The notes under the pieces: generated by a model
Databases searched by the model: none
Seen by the model: the letters and a program-made list of their open reading frames with translations, nothing else
What the model was told of the DNA's origin: nothing
Part shown: positions 24,092 through 27,657 of the stretch, in pieces
Numbering within the stretch: the stretch's first letter is position 1
Layout of the letters: each line of letters begins with the position of its first letter
Position numbers and translations under genes: made by a program
Source of the DNA: a virus
Lineage: Duplodnaviria; Heunggongvirae; Uroviricota; Caudoviricetes
Strand: one strand, 5' to 3'
IMG/VR virus record: IMGVR_UViG_2703718778_000008
DNA length: 27,657 bases

Positions 24092-24273
24092 GTCGCTCTC
24101 CTTTGGTCTGTTTATGCCAGCCTGTATTCTGCGCTCACCTCATATTGTGCGCAAGTTTTCACCCGTGAATGACTGATACTTTAAATTCTATTAACTTTAT
24201 GATTTCAGTGATTTTTGTCTCTCTTTTTTATCCCGTTCGTCACGTCCGTTTCCCTCCCGATCTCCGACCTCGC

Positions 24274-24300
24274 CAGACGCAATCAGACGCATTCTGACGG
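24274..24300. repeat. three 10-bp-phased direct repeats, CAGACGCA / CAGACGCA / CTGACGG
   Basis: Copies start at 24274, 24284 and 24294, so the period is exactly 10 bp. They lie about 115 bp to the Q-proximal side of the best cos candidate. Confidence 0.6.
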
Positions 24301-24413
24301 CCTGTTTCCCTGACCATGTTTTGATGTGGTTTTTCAAAACTGGCTTCACTGCGCGCGTATCACGCGCAATACGACCCCAAATAAAGCAACCTGCCTTCCA
24401 CCCCTCAATTCGG

Positions 24414-24432
24414 GCGCCCTTCCCTCGTCGCC
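24414..24432. other. putative cosN (19-nt cohesive-end sequence), reverse complement GGCGACGAGGGAAGGGCGC
   Basis: Matches 13/19 positions of the P2 cohesive end as I recall it (GGCGAGGCGGGGAAAGCAC), including both termini, and in the orientation expected next to Q. It lies in a ~500-bp GC-rich non-coding tract. Not verifiable without a comparison or an end-mapping experiment. Confidence 0.35.
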
Positions 24433-24530
24433 TGCGCGCTGCAATTGCCTCGTTTTTCGTGCACCGTGCAAAGTGGCTTCAGCCCGCGCCGTTACTGGGC
24501 TGAGTGGGGATGAAACACATAAGAAAAATT

Positions 24531-24560
24531 GTGCAATTTCGTGCACTTTTGTGCAGTTTG
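24531..24560. repeat. three tandem 10-bp repeats, GTGCAATTTC GTGCACTTTT GTGCAGTTTG (two more GTGCA copies at 24459 and 24466)
   Basis: The period is exactly 10 bp, with a T-tract in each unit, which predicts an intrinsic bend. The repeats end 15 bp upstream of the TTGACA at 24575. Confidence 0.6.
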
Positions 24561-24574
24561 AAACGGGTATCTGT

Positions 24575-24604
24575 TTGACACTGGTACTTACTTTGCGCTA
24601 ACTT
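24575..24604 (+). promoter_or_regulatory. candidate sigma70 promoter, TTGACA-N18-TAACTT
   Basis: A perfect -35 hexamer at 24575-24580, with a -10-like TAACTT at 24599-24604. The predicted TSS is near 24611. It is the only plausible promoter upstream of the 24806 gene. Confidence 0.35.
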
Positions 24605-24711
24605 TACTCGACCAGAAATTTCAATGAATCGGATGAGGTTGTTTGTCATACGACCTCGGTTAGCTAGGTTGCCTTAATCAAAAGGCATGTTTGATACTGG
24701 AGGAGGTTAAT

Positions 24712-24747
24712 ATGAATAAAGCATTTGACGAATTTGATGGATTCTGA
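24712..24747 (+). CDS. leader sORF, 11 aa (MNKAFDEFDGF)
   Basis: A very strong SD, GGAGGAGG (24699-24706), lies 5 nt upstream of the ATG. TGA at 24745-24747. Too short to assess coding potential. Confidence 0.3.
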   Translation: MNKAFDEFDGF

Positions 24748-24765
24748 ATGTGTTAACCTCGATAA

Positions 24766-24794
24766 GGCGGAGACTGATCTCCGCCTTTTTTATT
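24766..24794 (+). terminator. rho-independent terminator 12 nt upstream of the membrane-protein ATG
   Basis: GGCGGAGA-CTGA-TCTCCGCC (an 8-bp stem with a tetraloop) is followed by TTTTTTATT. Confidence 0.8.
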
Positions 24795-24805
24795 GGTAAA
24801 GAAAT

Positions 24806-25309
24806 ATGGCTATGGACTCAGTAACGATACAAATCATTAGCAATATGATAGTCCTGTTTGGTGTCATTGTTGCTATCTGTACAATTATCTATAACGTTCG
24901 TACGGCAAAAAAAACACAAACCGCTAATTTTTTATTTGAAAGTCGCCAGGATAAGGAATACCTGGAATCATTACATCTCCTCAGGAGAATTCATCGCTCA
25001 GGGAAATCGTTTCGTGCTTATGTTTTTCCTTGTGAAGGCGGGGCTATTACGGAAGAGGAGATGACCGAACGTCGCAAGTTTCAGTACATTCTTAACTTTT
25101 ACGAGAGAGTTGCAGTTAGTATCCGTGAAGGTATTTATGATGAAAGGATGATCAAACGAACGTCCTTTACAACGATTATTACAACTTATGATATTGCAGA
25201 ACCCCTGATTAAGGCTATCAGAGAAGATACTCAATCAAAAACAGCGTACCAGGAGTTTGAATGGCTGGTAAAACGATGGAAAGCTCGTCCTCTTGATAGG
25301 GATGTGTAG
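24806..25309 (+). CDS. hypothetical N-terminally membrane-anchored protein, 167 aa (AT-rich cargo in the P2 old/tin position)
   Basis: One TM helix (IQIISNMIVLFGVIVAICTIIY) is followed by a ~135-aa charged helical domain. GC is clearly lower than in the flanking phage genes. A hairpin follows the stop. It vaguely recalls small uncharacterised DUF-type proteins from phages, but no confident family assignment is possible. Confidence 0.75.
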   Translation: MAMDSVTIQIISNMIVLFGVIVAICTIIYNVRTAKKTQTANFLFESRQDKEYLESLHLLRRIHRSGKSFRAYVFPCEGGAITEEEMTERRKFQYILNFYERVAVSIREGIYDERMIKRTSFTTIITTYDIAEPLIKAIREDTQSKTAYQEFEWLVKRWKARPLDRDV

Positions 25310-25324
25310 TTTATTTCTTGCATT

Positions 25325-25351
25325 AGAGCGAGGTTATTGGTGCCTCGCTCT
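25325..25351. terminator. hairpin between the convergent membrane-protein gene and the SSB-like gene
   Basis: AGAGCGAGG (25325-25333) / CCTCGCTCT (25343-25351), a 9-bp stem. A weak T/A run follows on the plus strand. Confidence 0.55.
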
Positions 25352-25356
25352 TTAAA

Positions 25357-25674
25357 TTATCGAGCCGTTCTTGCGCTCATGATGCTTTGCGCCAGCAACT
25401 GCCAGCCCTCTTTCTGTTGCCCGCGCTTGTCCTGATACCTGTTTACCTGCAAGTTTCCGTGCACCAGAATCAGATCGCCTTTTCTGTGTTTTGCCAGTTC
25501 TTCGTGCTGCTTCCCGAATGCAATAAGGTAAAGCCACATTGTGGTTGGCTGTTCTGCGCCATGGCAGGGTAGTGATACCGCCAGTTGTGCCGTTGTGACG
25601 TTGGTTCCTTTGGTTGTTCTCCTTGTGTTCGGGTCTGCTGCCAGTCGTCCCTCTGTTGCAACCTGTGTTGGCAT
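25357..25674 (-). CDS. SSB-like OB-fold single-stranded DNA-binding protein, truncated form (105 aa)
   Basis: GRLAADPNTRRTTKGTNVTTAQLAVS...W..LIAFGKQHEELAKHRKGDLILVHGNLQVNRYQDKRGQQKEGWQLLA parallels E. coli SSB ([26 protein letters not shown]...[49 protein letters not shown]). The acidic C-terminal tip is absent. Confidence 0.7.
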   Translation of the reverse strand: MPTQVATEGRLAADPNTRRTTKGTNVTTAQLAVSLPCHGAEQPTTMWLYLIAFGKQHEELAKHRKGDLILVHGNLQVNRYQDKRGQQKEGWQLLAQSIMSARTAR

Positions 25675-25706
25675 ATTTGTCTCCCGTGTTGGTTTTATTG
25701 TTGGGG

Positions 25707-26045
25707 TTAGATGGCTGGCAGATCTCCGCCAGCGCCGTAGATAAACAGAATTCGCTTCATGATTTCGCTGCGCTTACAGGCTTCGATGACTGATTTTTCC
25801 TGTTGCCATTCTGCCCGTTGCGCCAGCTCCAGTCGTTCCTTTTCCGTTAGCTTCCGGTAATGCGTTATCTTGTCCGTGTACCCGTCCACAACCAGCAGCC
25901 CTTCGCGTACCATCTTCCCGGCGGCCTGATTAATGATGGTCCTTTTCACGCCCAGTTTTTCAACCAGCTCTGGTGCGCTGAAGCGTGCGTGCGTTTCCAG
26001 GTAGCGTAAAATGATTACCTTTCCGGTCATTCTGGGTGTCTTCAT
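25707..26045 (-). CDS. putative winged-helix DNA-binding protein (112 aa)
   Basis: The start at ATG 26045 overlaps the upstream stop (ATGA). ILRYLETHARFSAPELVEKLGVKRTIINQAAGKMVREGLLVV has a MarR/wHTH-like pattern. Family not confirmed. Confidence 0.5.
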   Translation of the reverse strand: MKTPRMTGKVIILRYLETHARFSAPELVEKLGVKRTIINQAAGKMVREGLLVVDGYTDKITHYRKLTEKERLELAQRAEWQQEKSVIEACKRSEIMKRILFIYGAGGDLPAI

Positions 26046-26212
26046 TTGGCGGCTCCTTCGTTGTTCCGGCGTTCGCGGAGTTCGGTCAGTGCTGCCAGTA
26101 AATTTTCCCACCATGTTTCTTCCACAACCGGATTTCGTCGTGAAAGCAGCTGCTGCGCCGACTCAATCATTTTCGTAAGCTCTTTGTCGCTGATCCTCCT
26201 GATGTCGTTCAT
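26042..26212 (-). CDS. hypothetical small protein (56 aa)
   Basis: The ATG at 26212 is preferred because AAGGAG lies 6 nt upstream; the track start at 26251 has no SD. It belongs to the translationally coupled early-operon tail. Confidence 0.45.
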   Translation of the reverse strand: MNDIRRISDKELTKMIESAQQLLSRRNPVVEETWWENLLAALTELRERRNNEGAAK

Positions 26213-26260
26213 GGTGTGCTCCTTCGGTTTGCTGTTTCTGGTCATGTTCATGGTCTTTTG

Positions 26261-26665
26261 TTACCTGCGTGATTGCCTGCTGGCGGCCGAATGCACATAG
26301 CGGACAATTGCCGCTTTTCGGTTAACGACGGCCAGCGTTCTTGCCAGTTCTTCGTTGAGTTTTCTGGTCTGTTTTTCGTGGTATGCCTGCATGATTTTTC
26401 CTACGGGAGTCAGTGGTTCAGGCTCTGATATGGCGCGACGAGGGCGCACGGCAACGATGAATGCGCTTCTGTCGGTGTTGATTCTTGCAGTCAGGATGTC
26501 GGTCATAACGGTGTCTGTGCTGCGATCGGGACTGGCGATCGTGATTTCCAGTTCGTCGCCTGGCTGCGGTCGAACACTGACGCCGCTCAGTGTCAGTGCC
26601 GGAATGCGTGCGTTCATGATGGTGCTGAAATCATGGCGCTGGAGTACGCAATGGAATCGTGTCAT
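26261..26665 (-). CDS. hypothetical protein (134 aa)
   Basis: There is an ATGA start/stop overlap with gene A. No family recognised. Confidence 0.5.
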   Translation of the reverse strand: MTRFHCVLQRHDFSTIMNARIPALTLSGVSVRPQPGDELEITIASPDRSTDTVMTDILTARINTDRSAFIVAVRPRRAISEPEPLTPVGKIMQAYHEKQTRKLNEELARTLAVVNRKAAIVRYVHSAASRQSRR

Positions 26666-27657
26666 GGGTTAACCTCCGGTTGATCTGCTGCCACCAGGCT
26701 TCGTGATTTTTCATCCCAGTGCACAATCCGCCCGTCAGGCAGGCGAACGCGTGCACCTCTGTGTACGGAAAGTGCTGCGCCACTGTGTAGCTCCTCGCCC
26801 GTCGTGCTCAGTGCCGACTTGATTACGGTGGTGGTGACGTCAGTCAGCGGCAATGCTGTACGCACATGTATGACGTCATCGGGCGTGGTGGGGCCGCCGG
26901 TTTTCACGGTTTTTGTGTCAGATGGCGCATCTTTCAGCTGCCTGGTGAGTTGTTTTCTCTCTGTGGGGGTCAGTGACCTTAACCATTCGCTCAAATCACC
27001 TTCCGGGATGGTCAGTTTTTGTTCTTTCCTGGTTTCCGGTGGTGGGGTTTTACCCTCTCCGGTGTCTGTTTTTTCATCATGGGGACAGTTATTGCCACGA
27101 GTCCAAGGTGCGGCGAAGCCGCCCCCAACGTCAAAATCCTCGTCCGTGCTGTTGTCGGCTTTCGCTTCTTTTCTGACCAGTTTCCACTCGTCCGGATGGG
27201 TGCAGATGGTGTAGCGCTCGCCGAGCGACGGGGCACAAATTCCGTAGATGCGCTGCGGGAATTCGCCGTAGTCGTTGGCCTCATCTGCGGTTTCGTATGC
27301 GGTGCGGATCAGGTACAGGTTGCGCGGAATGAGCACGCCGCCCTGACGGTTGATGTAGGTGGCAAAACACCCCACGTCAGCGGCGGCCAGAATGGCGTCA
27401 ATATGGTCATGGTCCAGGCGCTTCGGTGATGCGGGGTTACGCTCCATTTGTCCGGCAAGGCGGCGGAGTTCACGCCATACCTGGCGGGGCGGGATACCGA
27501 AGAACTGGAACTGCCGGATGCGGTGGAGACTCGCCCAGGCAATGGCGTTTTCCACGGTTTCCGCCATGGTTTTTCCCGCTTCTTTATCGGCGTAAGGTTT
27601 GCCGGTTTTCGGGTCATTGTCGTGAAAGGTGCTGGCGTCCAGGTTCTTGCCAATATA
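26662..27657 (-). CDS. A: replication initiation endonuclease gpA, C-terminal ~331 aa (5' end beyond the right window edge)
   Basis: The frame stays open upstream of the track ATG at 27567 all the way to nt 27657 (YIGKNLDASTFHDNDPKTGKPYADKEAGKT-MAETVENAIAWASLHRIRQFQFFGIPPRQVWRELRRL). The YI.KN.D...W....IRQFQF.G.P....WRELRR block matches my recollection of P2/186 gpA. Confidence 0.8.
   Translation of the reverse strand, partial: YIGKNLDASTFHDNDPKTGKPYADKEAGKTMAETVENAIAWASLHRIRQFQFFGIPPRQVWRELRRLAGQMERNPASPKRLDHDHIDAILAAADVGCFATYINRQGGVLIPRNLYLIRTAYETADEANDYGEFPQRIYGICAPSLGERYTICTHPDEWKLVRKEAKADNSTDEDFDVGGGFAAPWTRGNNCPHDEKTDTGEGKTPPPETRKEQKLTIPEGDLSEWLRSLTPTERKQLTRQLKDAPSDTKTVKTGGPTTPDDVIHVRTALPLTDVTTTVIKSALSTTGEELHSGAALSVHRGARVRLPDGRIVHWDEKSRSLVAADQPEVNP

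Larger units (their letters stand above)
24611..24794 (+). ncRNA. structured ~185-nt leader or small RNA ending at an intrinsic terminator; contains an 11-codon sORF
   Basis: Hairpins are GAGGT/ACCTC (24636-24656) and TGCCTT/AAGGCA (24670-24687). An 8-bp pairing GAGGTTAA (24703-24710) / TTAACCTC (24753-24760) brackets the sORF and occludes its SD. The RNA ends at the terminator at 24766-24794. Confidence 0.4.

Noticed and set aside
24122-24139. Possible LexA box (CTGT-N8-...) upstream of orf167, and CTGT motifs near 24571 and 23646
   Set aside because: None has the ACAG second half-site, so there is no credible SOS box.
24256-24274. Second cos-like 19-mer (reverse complement GGCGAGGTCGGAGATCGGG)
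   Set aside because: It shares GGCGAGG with the remembered P2 end but matches only about 10/19 positions overall, and its distal end does not match. It is kept as an alternative to 24414-24432, not as the primary call.
24321-24601. Three overlapping 60-91-aa ORFs in the GC-rich tract (24321..24503 +, 24326..24601 +, 24346..24546 -)
   Set aside because: They are mutually overlapping, lack an RBS, are Arg/Pro-rich and lie in the expected non-coding cos region.
24624-24677. 17-codon sORF MNRMRLFVIRPRLARLP in the leader
   Set aside because: There is no Shine-Dalgarno sequence. It overlaps the predicted leader hairpins and is probably fortuitous.
24611-24765. ToxI-like tandem RNA repeats in the leader (type III antitoxin)
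   Set aside because: Only short scattered repeats are present (AGGTTG x2, ATTTGA x2). There is no tandem array, so the type III TA analogy is limited to gene layout.
1-27657. CRISPR arrays, tRNA/rRNA genes, IS elements, an integrase, or a reverse transcriptase/retron
   Set aside because: No repeat-spacer periodicity, tRNA-like cloverleaf or T-arm (GGTTCGAATCC-type) motifs, transposase-like ORFs or terminal inverted repeats were seen. The integrase/immunity end of the prophage lies beyond the right edge.

Overview
The window is almost entirely a P2-like (Peduovirus-type) temperate myophage or prophage of an enterobacterial-type host (GC looks roughly mid-50s percent by eye). It is drawn in the opposite orientation to the standard P2 map.

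Layout, left to right:
- 1-200: the 3' end of an unidentified AT-rich ORF, then a bidirectional terminator.
- 287-427 (-): a Hok/Gef-type toxin gene that is absent from the ORF track.
- 561-2032 (-): ogr and D.
- 2187-7762 (+): the FI-FII-E/E'-T-U tail block. This block is inverted relative to the canonical P2 order.
- 7773-13246 (-): a G-position tail-fibre chaperone, then H, I, J, W, V, S and R.
- 13262-15626 (-): a small membrane ORF and a 681-aa NanS-p-like sialate O-acetylesterase cargo gene (DUF1737 + GQSN esterase). A candidate plus-strand sRNA lies between them.
- 15637-16990 (-): the lysis cassette (overlapped spanins, SAR endolysin, 2-TM holin).
- 16993-20584 (-): X, L, M, N, O.
- 20740-23522 (+): the divergent P and Q genes.
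- 23523-25356: a ~1.8 kb accessory/cos region. It holds an orphan 167-aa gene, a putative cos site flanked by 10-bp-phased repeats, a structured leader with an sORF and terminator, and an AT-rich 167-aa membrane-anchored orphan.
- 25357-27657 (-): the distal end of the early operon (SSB-like, winged-helix, two small ORFs, and the 3' part of replication gene A, which runs off the right edge).

No rRNA, tRNA, CRISPR array, transposase or integrase is visible.

The best candidates for something new are:
- the terminator-gated membrane-protein locus in the P2 old/tin hotspot position, and the orphan gene between portal and cos;
- the hok-like module beside ogr;
- the esterase cargo and its neighbouring sRNA candidate;
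- the inverted FI-U module, with its apparently shared divergent late-promoter dyad.

All homology statements come from my recollection of P2/186 protein sequences and motifs. They are not search results.
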